NCBI GenBank assembly: GCA_023229365.1
Contig: JALNZK010000002.1
Span: 318,343 to 340,072, forward strand
DNA length: 21,730 nt
Origin: Pseudomonadota bacterium
Lineage (GTDB): Bacteria > Myxococcota_A > Polyangia > JAAYKL01
Reading direction: 5' to 3'
Shown here: in pieces, positions 8,026 to 15,127 of the stretch
Numbering within the stretch: position 1 is the first letter of the stretch
How the letters are laid out: each line of letters begins with the position of its first letter
Translations under genes and position numbers: made by a program
The notes under the pieces: generated by a model
What the model saw: the letters and a program-made list of their open reading frames with translations, nothing else
Told to the model about the DNA's origin: nothing
Databases searched by the model: none

Positions 8026-8097
8026 AAATATCCAGCAACCCAAATATCTCTATATTTCACCAAATACTGATATTTGGTTTTACCAGTTGTTTTTATT

Positions 8098-8661
8098 TCA
8101 CTTGGGTTTGTCTGTTTCAATTTCATTCGCCACCTCTTCGCTCTCTAGGAGAGCACCCAAATTAATTGCAGAGTCTTGATCCCAATCAATGGCATGCCCC
8201 CCAAGCTCAACCTCTTCATCAAATAATGTCAAGTCATCCTCCACAACGACATTAGGTGTTGCCAAGCCATAGCAAGCCAGTGGCTTTTTGGGTGTAATTC
8301 CTACAATTAGTTGCCCAAAGCTCTTTAGAGTACGAATGGGAATTGGAGGTTGTTCATCGCTGTAATACAAATAACCCTTGAGCCCATTGACTCCTTCGAT
8401 CAAACAAACGAGAGGCTTGCCAAACGACAACACCCACTGTGCCATTGTAGCATCATCCCGTGGGCTTGGGGAGGCGATCATTCCGGGGTGCGTGTGATAA
8501 AACCCAACCACATCCCCATATTTTTCTTCACGATCCATGACCCACTTATATGGAAAATCCACGGAGCCAGGGTGCCCTTCGCTTTCGTGCGAAACATGAC
8601 CCCACCACATTCTCCTGTGATTTCCGCCCGTCAAAATCCACGATTGTTCATTTTGTCTCAT
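8098..8661 (-). CDS. JAB/MPN (JAMM) metalloisopeptidase
   Basis: Complete JAMM motif HTHPGMIASPSPRD (HxHx7Sx2D) with upstream acidic residues. The ATG directly abuts the upstream stop (TAAATG). Confidence 0.9.
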   Translation of the reverse strand: MRQNEQSWILTGGNHRRMWWGHVSHESEGHPGSVDFPYKWVMDREEKYGDVVGFYHTHPGMIASPSPRDDATMAQWVLSFGKPLVCLIEGVNGLKGYLYYSDEQPPIPIRTLKSFGQLIVGITPKKPLACYGLATPNVVVEDDLTLFDEEVELGGHAIDWDQDSAINLGALLESEEVANEIETDKPK

Positions 8662-9177
8662 TTATTTTTCCCTTAGTCGTTTTATTGCTTCTTGACGTTG
8701 TTCTCGGGTTTGTTCTTCTAGTTCTTGAGTAAACAATTTCCCGCTCATGTAATATTCTGTACCCCAAGCTGGGCACATTTTGTGTAATTCAGGACGACCA
8801 CAACCAGGGCACACACAATCTTTTGACTCTTCTATGTCCCAGTCCATTGACTCTACAATTTCTTTCACATTCTCTTCGATAAATTTCTCACAAGCCTCTG
8901 GACCAATAGCTTCTCGCAATGCAGCAAACGGATTGCCTGTCGCTGCCCAGCGTGCCTCTTCTTCTTCCCAACACTCGTTTTGTCCACACTCTTTAACCTG
9001 ATCCCACAACAAAGCAACGGATGGGTGTTTGTCTTCTTCCCAATCACCACGTTCCAAAAATGCACAATAGCCGTCTTCTTGTTCAGCGTGGTCGGGGTGC
9101 TTGCTCCAATAAGGGCAAATGCCATTTGTATCATAGCAATATATTCCCTTCGGAATTAAACTCGGGTCTTTATTCAT
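8662..9177 (-). CDS. Cys/Trp/Glu-rich hypothetical protein (171 aa), probable metal-binding
   Basis: Start set at the ATG at 9177 (MNKDPS...), which forms an ATGA overlap with the GIY-YIG stop. Cys clusters: YCYDTNGICPYW...GYCAF and CVCPGCG...MCPAWG. Confidence 0.6.
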   Translation of the reverse strand: MNKDPSLIPKGIYCYDTNGICPYWSKHPDHAEQEDGYCAFLERGDWEEDKHPSVALLWDQVKECGQNECWEEEEARWAATGNPFAALREAIGPEACEKFIEENVKEIVESMDWDIEESKDCVCPGCGRPELHKMCPAWGTEYYMSGKLFTQELEEQTREQRQEAIKRLREK

Positions 9178-9893
9178 AATGTTTTCTTTTCCAACACTTT
9201 CCAATTTTTGTAATGTGCGATTTTGCCAGCAGCTACACTCCACATATGCCCAGAATTCAAATTGTGTTCCCTTGAAAACTGCTCCAAATTACTTGTCTCG
9301 AATACTTCTCCATCTGGCGATGCTATTTTGTATGCGAATTTCAATTTTTTGTTTCGCATTTTTTCTTTTGACTTATCCGAATACTTTCTTCCTGTGGCTG
9401 ATTTGGCAATTTTGTTTTTGTGTTCCTCTGTAAGCGTTTTGCCAGTGTTAAATAGCGATAACTTCTTTTTTGTTTTATTGCTTACTTTGTGTCCTAAATG
9501 ACTCGATCTAAGCTTTTTAATTGTTGCTTGGGTTACTTTTTTCCCTTTGTTGCCGATGGATATTTTGCGTTTAACCTCCTCAGATATTACGCCTCGGGCA
9601 TTTCCAAGTTTTAAATTATAACCATTTGGAGAAAGGGTTTTTAATTCACAGCCCCAATACACTTCCCTGGCATCTATTTCTTCTTGTGTGCCATTTAATT
9701 TTTCTAACACCACAATCTTAAAATGTTCTGGTCCGTATTTTCGAATGGCAAGGACAATCGGCATTAGTTTGGTGTTATTCCACCTTGCCTCCGCACAGTG
9801 TCTTTTGAACCTTTCTTCTGCCGTTTTCCAAGTTTGCCCAACATAGACCTTTGCATTAAGATCATTTATTATTTTGTATATAATTGCTTCCAT
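9174..9893 (-). CDS. GIY-YIG homing endonuclease (I-TevI/Seg-like) with NUMOD3-type repeats
   Basis: IIYKIINDLNAKVYVGQT (GIY...YIG), R/H/E core, NGYN. C-terminal repeated S.GNKGKK / SSHLGHKVS / NTGKTLTEEHKNKI DNA-binding motifs. Confidence 0.9.
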   Translation of the reverse strand: MEAIIYKIINDLNAKVYVGQTWKTAEERFKRHCAEARWNNTKLMPIVLAIRKYGPEHFKIVVLEKLNGTQEEIDAREVYWGCELKTLSPNGYNLKLGNARGVISEEVKRKISIGNKGKKVTQATIKKLRSSHLGHKVSNKTKKKLSLFNTGKTLTEEHKNKIAKSATGRKYSDKSKEKMRNKKLKFAYKIASPDGEVFETSNLEQFSREHNLNSGHMWSVAAGKIAHYKNWKVLEKKTL

Positions 9894-9945
9894 ACAATTA
9901 TATAGTAGCTTTCTAATTTATTTGCCCACTAATTTCCTTCTTTTC

Positions 9946-10401
9946 TTATAATTTGTCAAATTGGTCTCTGATCTTCATTAGAAGTTTTCCAAGATGGTTT
10001 TCCCCAACTCCGTTGCATACCCCAAAAAACGTGTCGTGCCACCAATTTCCTTCTACTAATTCCGCCTTGCCAGTGGCAAGAAGCTGATTGCATAATTGTG
10101 GATCGGAGAATTTTTGCACAAGCAAATCTTCCATAATCCCTAAATTAATATTTTGCCAATCGGGTCGTTGGTGTCCAGCTTTTTTGAATACAGCCGCAAG
10201 CTTCTTTGCTTTTCCAGGGGTAATAGCGTCTTGAATTTGCTTACGCAATGCCGGGTCTAAAAATTTAGCAGCTTGGTAAGCGTGTTCGGTGGAAATATAT
10301 TTTTCACCATCCAAAACTACCGGCGTGGACAGTATGGCAAAATTCGACAAATACCTGTATTCACCATCAAATGAATCAATTTTTGTTTGCTTGTCATTCA
10401 T
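9946..10401 (-). CDS. NADAR (YbiA/DUF1768) domain protein
   Basis: FDGEYRYLSNF, YISTEHAYQAAKF, GNWWHDTFFG and GENHLGKLLMKIR match the NADAR signature. Confidence 0.88.
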   Translation of the reverse strand: MNDKQTKIDSFDGEYRYLSNFAILSTPVVLDGEKYISTEHAYQAAKFLDPALRKQIQDAITPGKAKKLAAVFKKAGHQRPDWQNINLGIMEDLLVQKFSDPQLCNQLLATGKAELVEGNWWHDTFFGVCNGVGENHLGKLLMKIRDQFDKL

Positions 10402-10634
10402 TTTTTCTTTTCTTTCTTTTCAAGCTTTTTCAATGAATGTGCCAAATCCATTGAATTTGTTACTTTTCTCACTCCCTTTTTAAATTGTTTCAATTCTTCA
10501 CGCAACCGAATCACTTCTGCCTCCATGACCTGTGCTTTGCAACCATAGTCATACAAAACACCAGCGGTTGGCTCTGCCTTATTGACAGCATTCCAAAACT
10601 TGCGGGAGGCATTTCCAGAAAATATTTTTTTCAT
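10398..10634 (-). CDS. Hypothetical coiled-coil protein (~78 aa)
   Basis: Start placed at the ATG at 10634 (TAATG coupling to the upstream stop) rather than 10649. Lys-rich C-terminus. Confidence 0.5.
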   Translation of the reverse strand: MKKIFSGNASRKFWNAVNKAEPTAGVLYDYGCKAQVMEAEVIRLREELKQFKKGVRKVTNSMDLAHSLKKLEKKEKKK

Positions 10635-11122
10635 TACATTTCTGTCCACGATTTCAAAGGTGGTGCTACCAACATCTTTACAAACATCATGATTGTTCCG
10701 TAGACCACATCATCCTTGGTGAAATTAAATCTTTTCATTGCCTCATCATTCACCCATTCCATCAAGGAAGTGGCCCTTTCCTCGGAACGGGTCTTCCAAT
10801 CACACACCAACTCGGCAAGATAAATGCGGGGCATTCCTTTAATTCCGCCATCCCAATATTCTGGGTGGTGTTTATTCGTATGATTGTGCTGCATAATAGC
10901 GAGTTTCAAGGCAGCCTTATCTGGATTCTCTATTGATAAATGATCCCATTCAGCACCAAAAAACTTGCTATTATCGTGAAGAAAAGAATTTGCCACCAGC
11001 GTTTTGGCAAGCTTAAACTCTCCATTCTCCATCAGTCTTTCAGCAAGAATTACGCAATTCTCCTGAACACCGTGAATGTGCCGCATCAGTTTTTGAATAC
11101 GATCAATATCACGCTGACTCAT
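10634..11122 (-). CDS. HD-motif protein (putative metal-dependent phosphohydrolase-like; resembles phage DUF5662-type proteins from memory)
   Basis: H...HD pattern (HIHGV...FLHDNSKF), HNHTNKHHPEYW, AELVCDW. Start at 11122 preferred (ATGA coupling with the upstream 50-aa ORF); 11170 is the alternative. Confidence 0.5.
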   Translation of the reverse strand: MSQRDIDRIQKLMRHIHGVQENCVILAERLMENGEFKLAKTLVANSFLHDNSKFFGAEWDHLSIENPDKAALKLAIMQHNHTNKHHPEYWDGGIKGMPRIYLAELVCDWKTRSEERATSLMEWVNDEAMKRFNFTKDDVVYGTIMMFVKMLVAPPLKSWTEM

Positions 11123-11271
11123 TTCTTTTCTTGCTCCTTTTGCTTCTGTTCGATAATATAATTTCGACACCTTTCCAGTGCTTGATAATAAAGCAATTGG
11201 GAAAGTGGATCAACAGTATCTTGCAGACCTTTTGCACAAGCCAATTCGTGATTGTATTCTATTTCAGTCAT
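11119..11271 (-). CDS. Possible small ORF (50 aa)
   Basis: Manual translation: MTEIEYNHELACAKGLQDTVDPLSQLLYYQALERCRNYIIEQKQKEQEKK. It fills the gap between 11278 and 11122 with an ATGA overlap. Confidence 0.35.
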   Translation of the reverse strand: MTEIEYNHELACAKGLQDTVDPLSQLLYYQALERCRNYIIEQKQKEQEKK

Positions 11272-11277
11272 GATTTA

Positions 11278-12225
11278 CTAATCGTCGTCGTCGTCGTCGT
11301 AATCGTGCTCTGGCTCGTTGCCACGATTATGGCCGTATTGATTCCAATACCACGTATCACGACCAGAGGTATCTACAATATGGTCACGGCGGTGTCCCTC
11401 TCGGATAACACCTACTAGACTTTGAAGATCAAAGTTACGGTCATAGCCCGACAAACAAATACCAGCAGAAATTACTGATAAAGTTTTTTTGTCAACAACT
11501 GAACGATGAGGGTTTCCATCGATTTGATATTCAATAGTGAAACTGTCTCCACGCTCAATGTGGCTTTTATAATCAGCACCAGCACGCTCTAGGGCAACTT
11601 TGATACGATTGCCTGCCTGTGCCATCTTGGCTTCTTCGCTGGCTTCATAGGCGACCTTATAAGCGATTTGGTATGCATCCAATTCTTGCTTGGAAACAAT
11701 ATCCAAATCCAGCTTCTCTGGCTTGGCCAATGTAGTCAACATTTCTCGCAAATATGCTCCGCTTTTCGGACTTTTGCGAGGGTCTACTTCATCAAACCAA
11801 CAAATCTGTCCATCGAAACGAGCACAAACAGTATCAAACAATTGCACTTCCTCAGACAAATAAATCGGCACGGACCCAGAAATGTTAAATCTGGCATCTG
11901 CCTGAGCAAGGGTTCCATACCACAAATCTTTATTTTGATGGTGCAAAATAAATTTCATAGTAGGAAACAATGCCAAGTATTGTCTTCGCTCCATCATGGA
12001 CGGGGCACGCACATGTTTGGCCAAACGACGGGTGGTAGGCTTGAAAACACCCCAACCCTGAAAATTCACAGGCACTACACGCATTTCCATCACAATGCCA
12101 GAAATACGAACTCTGACCGCTCGCCCCTTGAGCACAGGGGACAAAAACTCTGATTGAAGGAATTGATCTTCCTCAGCGGCGAGCTTATCGATCAGACTGT
12201 GAATATTCGTTTTCTTTTTTTTCAT
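11278..12225 (-). CDS. Hypothetical protein (315 aa) with a C-terminal hexa-Asp tail
   Basis: Start set at the ATG at 12225 (MKKKKTNIHS), directly after the upstream stop (TAACATG). Ends ...EHDYDDDDDD. No motif recognised. Confidence 0.7.
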   Translation of the reverse strand: MKKKKTNIHSLIDKLAAEEDQFLQSEFLSPVLKGRAVRVRISGIVMEMRVVPVNFQGWGVFKPTTRRLAKHVRAPSMMERRQYLALFPTMKFILHHQNKDLWYGTLAQADARFNISGSVPIYLSEEVQLFDTVCARFDGQICWFDEVDPRKSPKSGAYLREMLTTLAKPEKLDLDIVSKQELDAYQIAYKVAYEASEEAKMAQAGNRIKVALERAGADYKSHIERGDSFTIEYQIDGNPHRSVVDKKTLSVISAGICLSGYDRNFDLQSLVGVIREGHRRDHIVDTSGRDTWYWNQYGHNRGNEPEHDYDDDDDD

Positions 12226-12226
12226 G

Positions 12227-12610
12227 TTATTCGATAGCTTCTGTCTGCCCGCTGCCGTTTTTTCCTGCGTCCCAGCCCGCTCCATTGATTTCTTTGGGTG
12301 AATGCAGATGAATTGTCATCGTTAAATAGTAACTTGTGGCAATAGTTCCTTCCATCCACACTTTTTCATTTTCCCTGACATCAAAAACAAATTTTACATT
12401 GTCTGCACACACCGGGTAAGTGTGCATTTTCCCATTAATTAGGAAGGAATATCGGGATGGCTCATGCATCAAAACACGGTCAATGTTTTTTAATTTGCTA
12501 TAATGCGGCTCAGGAGAGCATCCGGCAAGGAGCAAAACAAAAAATAAAAACCATTTCAAATGAATTAACCAGGACATTTTCTGAAATCTCCGTAAGAACA
12601 TTCTCCGCAC
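12227..12610 (-). CDS. Putative lipoprotein
   Basis: Hydrophobic signal followed by the lipobox LLLAGC|S (WFLFFVLLLAGCSPE). The start is ambiguous (12610 or 12577). Confidence 0.7.
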   Translation of the reverse strand: MRRMFLRRFQKMSWLIHLKWFLFFVLLLAGCSPEPHYSKLKNIDRVLMHEPSRYSFLINGKMHTYPVCADNVKFVFDVRENEKVWMEGTIATSYYLTMTIHLHSPKEINGAGWDAGKNGSGQTEAIE

Positions 12611-12816
12611 AATGCTGTTTCGCTTTCACCCCACAATTGCCAGTAGCAAGAGGCACAAACACCCCAGTGATCGCTCCACCGCACCACTCTGTCCCCTAAA
12701 TCCCAGTATGCCGAGCCGCTTTTAGAAACAAAATGAGGTTTCTCATCTGGTATCTTGCAAACTGTAAAATTGGCAACTGTTGCTTTATAAAAATTCCACC
12801 AACCAAATCTCAACAA
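12565..12816 (-). CDS. Hypothetical Trp/Cys-rich protein (83 aa), non-ATG (TTG) start
   Basis: The frame has no in-frame ATG; TTG at 12816 is preceded by the purine-rich aagaaagagaaaaa. Contains CASCYW...CGEC Cys pairs. Confidence 0.45.
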   Translation of the reverse strand: MLRFGWWNFYKATVANFTVCKIPDEKPHFVSKSGSAYWDLGDRVVRWSDHWGVCASCYWQLWGESETALCGECSYGDFRKCPG

Positions 12817-13038
12817 TTTTTCTCTTTCTTGTCCATCTAAATTTCTTTCCCGCCAACCTCTTTATCCGACCTGCATCAATGTAAGACTGTGATAAGTAGA
12901 CATTGGGGCTTTCAATTCGGGGCTATCGCCCTTCCACCCTGTTCACGACCGCTTTAACTCAGTATAGCGATTTCAACATTGCTACTTATTATTTTGTACC
13001 CTTTCACGGATTTTTGTTTCTGCACAGTCTCTATAACC

Positions 13039-13066
13039 ATTATACTCCAGAAACGCATCTTGTAAA
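13039..13066 (-). promoter_or_regulatory. Sigma70-like promoter (TTTACA-N16-TATAAT) reading leftward
   Basis: Minus strand: tttaca(13066-13061)-16 nt-tataat(13044-13039). It shares extended similarity (..ctg[ga]agTATAAT) with the promoters at 15090 and 16797. Confidence 0.55.
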
Positions 13067-13097
13067 TAAGAAAAGCCCTGGGGACAATCCCCAGGGC
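13066..13097 (-). terminator. Rho-independent terminator after the Ro60-like gene
   Basis: 10-bp stem gccctgggga(13075-13084)/tccccagggc(13088-13097), 3-nt loop, then ttttcttattt on the minus strand. It lies 26 nt past the stop at 13123. Confidence 0.7.
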
Positions 13098-13122
13098 TTC
13101 CCAGACAAGTTCGCAAAGCTCA

Positions 13123-14691
13123 CTACGCAACTTTTCTCTTCGGCAAAGGCCAACTCATGATTTCCATGAGCAAGTCAAGCTTACTGGGCTTGCACAGGAA
13201 TTTCACCAGTCCAGGCAAGCTGTAGTAGTCGCCGGTAAATTGCCAAGCGTCTACTTCGATGCCTTTGACTCGACCTTCTTGCTCCAATTGATCCGTAGCA
13301 TTAGGAGTCTTGACAATGCAAATGTTGGGGAATGCATTCAAGGCTTGACAGTATTTTTGATAAATGTCAAAGAACTTGGGAGCAGTATTTTCCCCTTCAT
13401 CCGTTACCAAAATGATCTGTTCGACCATGTATTTCTTTTGTAGCATAAACTGCAAGCCAACGCCGCAGGAAGTCCAACCGCTTGCACGGATGCCTTCAAA
13501 TGCTTTCTCCCAAGCTGCCAAGTCTTTTCCTTGGCTAGTGATGGGATAGGCGATTGTATCTTGAGCATACGCATACAAAGGAACACCATCCTCCATAACC
13601 GTAGACAATAGGGAGCCAATTCGCTTGCCCAATTCAATGGTAGCGGCTTGAGAACCCGACTTGTCCACAAACAAAGCCGTGGGGCGACTGATACGACCCT
13701 TGGACTTAATTTGTTGGTCAGCAACGGCTTCCAATTGTTGCTTTACTTCATCCGAAACTCCAGGTGCCGCCTTGACGGCTTCCAAGGATTTCAATGCAGC
13801 CATTCGCTTATCGCCCTTGGCCACAACAAGTTTTTCCTCAATCAATTGCTTGAGATCGGGGTTGTCGAACACGCCACGCTTTTTCAAGCTGCCGATGCTG
13901 TTGACCAACTCTTGCGAAGTCATTACTTCCAACAAAGCCGCAATAACAGGCGGTGTCATGGATTCGATTACCGTACTGGCAATCCGGTACGGAATTTTAT
14001 TTTCCACGATCACTCGGGCTTGGTCAGTCGGTGAAGTTGCCTTGGCCAACTCCTTGATTAGGAACGCTTTGGAATCAGCAGGCGGCTTATCATCGAACAA
14101 CACGGCTTGAGCCCGGTCGGTCGGCTTGCGGTGTCCGAAAGCATACAAACTCTTCATATATTTTCGAGCACCAACGCAGACACTATCGAACCAATCTTTA
14201 TCCAATTCTCGCTCTTGCAGATAACGATTGATTTCCGTCATTACGGAATTGGGCAATTGTCGGAACAAGCCCGTTTTGACTTTCTTGGCAGGAGCAGCCG
14301 GTTGTGCCGGTGCGGCAGCAACTCTACGACCCCGAACCATGCGTGCGGGTGCCGGTGCGGCAGCCTTCGGCTTTCGTTCGGTGATATAGTTGCCCAAAAT
14401 GAACTTCAATACCCGTGTCAATTGATAGGGCGGAAGCTCACGCAACATGGCCAAACCAACTTCTCGGTGCCCGTCAAACTTGGACAGACACAAAGAAATA
14501 ATAAACATTTCTTTGTGGTCACGAATTTCGCCGGTATCATTATACCAAGCCGCCAATTGCGAATAGAACCGAGGATCATCGGTAATCATTCGCTGGTGTT
14601 CTGGATAAATAGCGGCCAGATCACGGTGAGGCGTGGTCAATAGAGTGTTGAGAATTCGGAGTCGCACATCTTGTTCGGTATTTTCGTTCAT
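13123..14691 (-). CDS. Ro60/Rsr-like protein: helical-repeat (TROVE-like) N-terminal region plus C-terminal vWA domain (522 aa)
   Basis: C-terminal vWA with MIDAS FVDKSGSQ (DxSxS), ASGWTSCG and ILVTDEGEN, in the same order as human Ro60 VDVSASM / GGTDCS / IVFTDNET (recalled). The N-terminal helical segments RDHKEMFIISLCLS and REVGLAMLRELPPYQLTRVLKFI parallel Ro60 KQEPMLFALAICSQ and [24 protein letters not shown]. Total length is close to Ro60 (~540 aa). Start moved to 14691 (MNENTEQ, SD aaagggatatgaaATG) because the ATG at 14727 lies inside a structured RNA element. Ala/Pro/Arg-rich insert KPKAAAPAPARMVRGRRVAAAPAQPAAPAKK. Confidence 0.65.
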   Translation of the reverse strand: MNENTEQDVRLRILNTLLTTPHRDLAAIYPEHQRMITDDPRFYSQLAAWYNDTGEIRDHKEMFIISLCLSKFDGHREVGLAMLRELPPYQLTRVLKFILGNYITERKPKAAAPAPARMVRGRRVAAAPAQPAAPAKKVKTGLFRQLPNSVMTEINRYLQERELDKDWFDSVCVGARKYMKSLYAFGHRKPTDRAQAVLFDDKPPADSKAFLIKELAKATSPTDQARVIVENKIPYRIASTVIESMTPPVIAALLEVMTSQELVNSIGSLKKRGVFDNPDLKQLIEEKLVVAKGDKRMAALKSLEAVKAAPGVSDEVKQQLEAVADQQIKSKGRISRPTALFVDKSGSQAATIELGKRIGSLLSTVMEDGVPLYAYAQDTIAYPITSQGKDLAAWEKAFEGIRASGWTSCGVGLQFMLQKKYMVEQIILVTDEGENTAPKFFDIYQKYCQALNAFPNICIVKTPNATDQLEQEGRVKGIEVDAWQFTGDYYSLPGLVKFLCKPSKLDLLMEIMSWPLPKRKVA

Positions 14692-14716
14692 TTCATATCC
14701 CTTTCTAAATAAAAAT

Positions 14717-14797
14717 AGCCCATCCAAGTCTGGTCAGCTTTGATTGGAAACGATATGGAAGTTTCTGTTTGTAAGCTGGGCCGGTATGGGATGGGCT
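14717..14797 (-). ncRNA. Y-RNA-like module 0 (minimal: conserved stem motif closed by a ~35-nt insert, no tRNA-like domain)
   Basis: 9-bp terminal stem agcccatcc/ggatgggct. Carries both conserved strands (minus sense 5' ..CCCAUACC..CAGCUUACAAACAG and 3' GCUGACCAGACUUGGAUGGG). Followed on the minus strand by AUUUUUAUUU. Confidence 0.55.
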
Positions 14798-14815
14798 TGT
14801 TCTGTTGTTTTGTTT

Positions 14816-15046
14816 TTAGCCGAAAACTGCCTCCGGTCGGAGTGTAAGGGTGTTAGTTTCACCATTACGATCAACAGCAAAAGCCCGTAGCTTCCCTTGA
14901 GGGATGCCTAGCCAATCGGCGGCAGCATTGCGGATATCGGCATCCGAGCTATTGTCGCCAATATTCAGTTCCGCCAAGGGAACGTCGTAAGACCTTCCTT
15001 CGACTCGAACGTGCAGCATGTTTTCAAGTTGGTTTTCGTTGTCCAT
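14816..15046 (-). CDS. Small beta-grasp/ubiquitin-like candidate (76 aa) ending in Gly
   Basis: Strong SD (aaggagaaattacgATG) and its own promoter. Ubiquitin size. Predicted strand-strand-helix-strand pattern (MLHVRVEGRSYDVPL / SDADIRNAAADWLGI / LTLRPEAVFG). The terminal residue is Gly, directly before the stop. Confidence 0.4.
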   Translation of the reverse strand: MDNENQLENMLHVRVEGRSYDVPLAELNIGDNSSDADIRNAAADWLGIPQGKLRAFAVDRNGETNTLTLRPEAVFG

Positions 15047-15089
15047 CGTAATTTCTCCTTATATCGTTCGTTCGTCTTTCACTTTCCCT

Positions 15090-15117
15090 ATTATACTTCA
15101 GAAATTTGAGTTGTAAA
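15090..15117 (-). promoter_or_regulatory. Sigma70-like promoter (TTTACA-N16-TATAAT) for the 76-aa ORF and Ro60-like gene
   Basis: Minus strand: tttaca(15117-15112)-16 nt-tataat(15095-15090), ~45 nt upstream of the ATG at 15046. Confidence 0.6.
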
Positions 15118-15127
15118 CAAGAAAAAA

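Noticed and set aside
8662-9177. The Cys-rich 171-aa protein as the missing E2 (the HPD......GYCAF segment resembles the UBC HPN...GxICL site)
   Set aside because: The motif lies ~28 residues from the N-terminus, versus ~75 in the UBC fold, and its spacing differs. The resemblance is probably coincidental; only structure prediction could revive the idea.
12903-13160. 85-aa plus-strand ORF
   Set aside because: It crosses a minus-strand terminator and promoter and the 3' end of the Ro60-like gene. It has no SD and is implausible.
13240-14643. Six ORFs overlapping the Ro60-like gene (five antisense on the plus strand; 13404..13724 is an alternative minus-strand frame)
   Set aside because: All are nested in a long, motif-bearing minus-strand CDS. 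They have low-complexity or Arg/Ser-rich products and no SDs.
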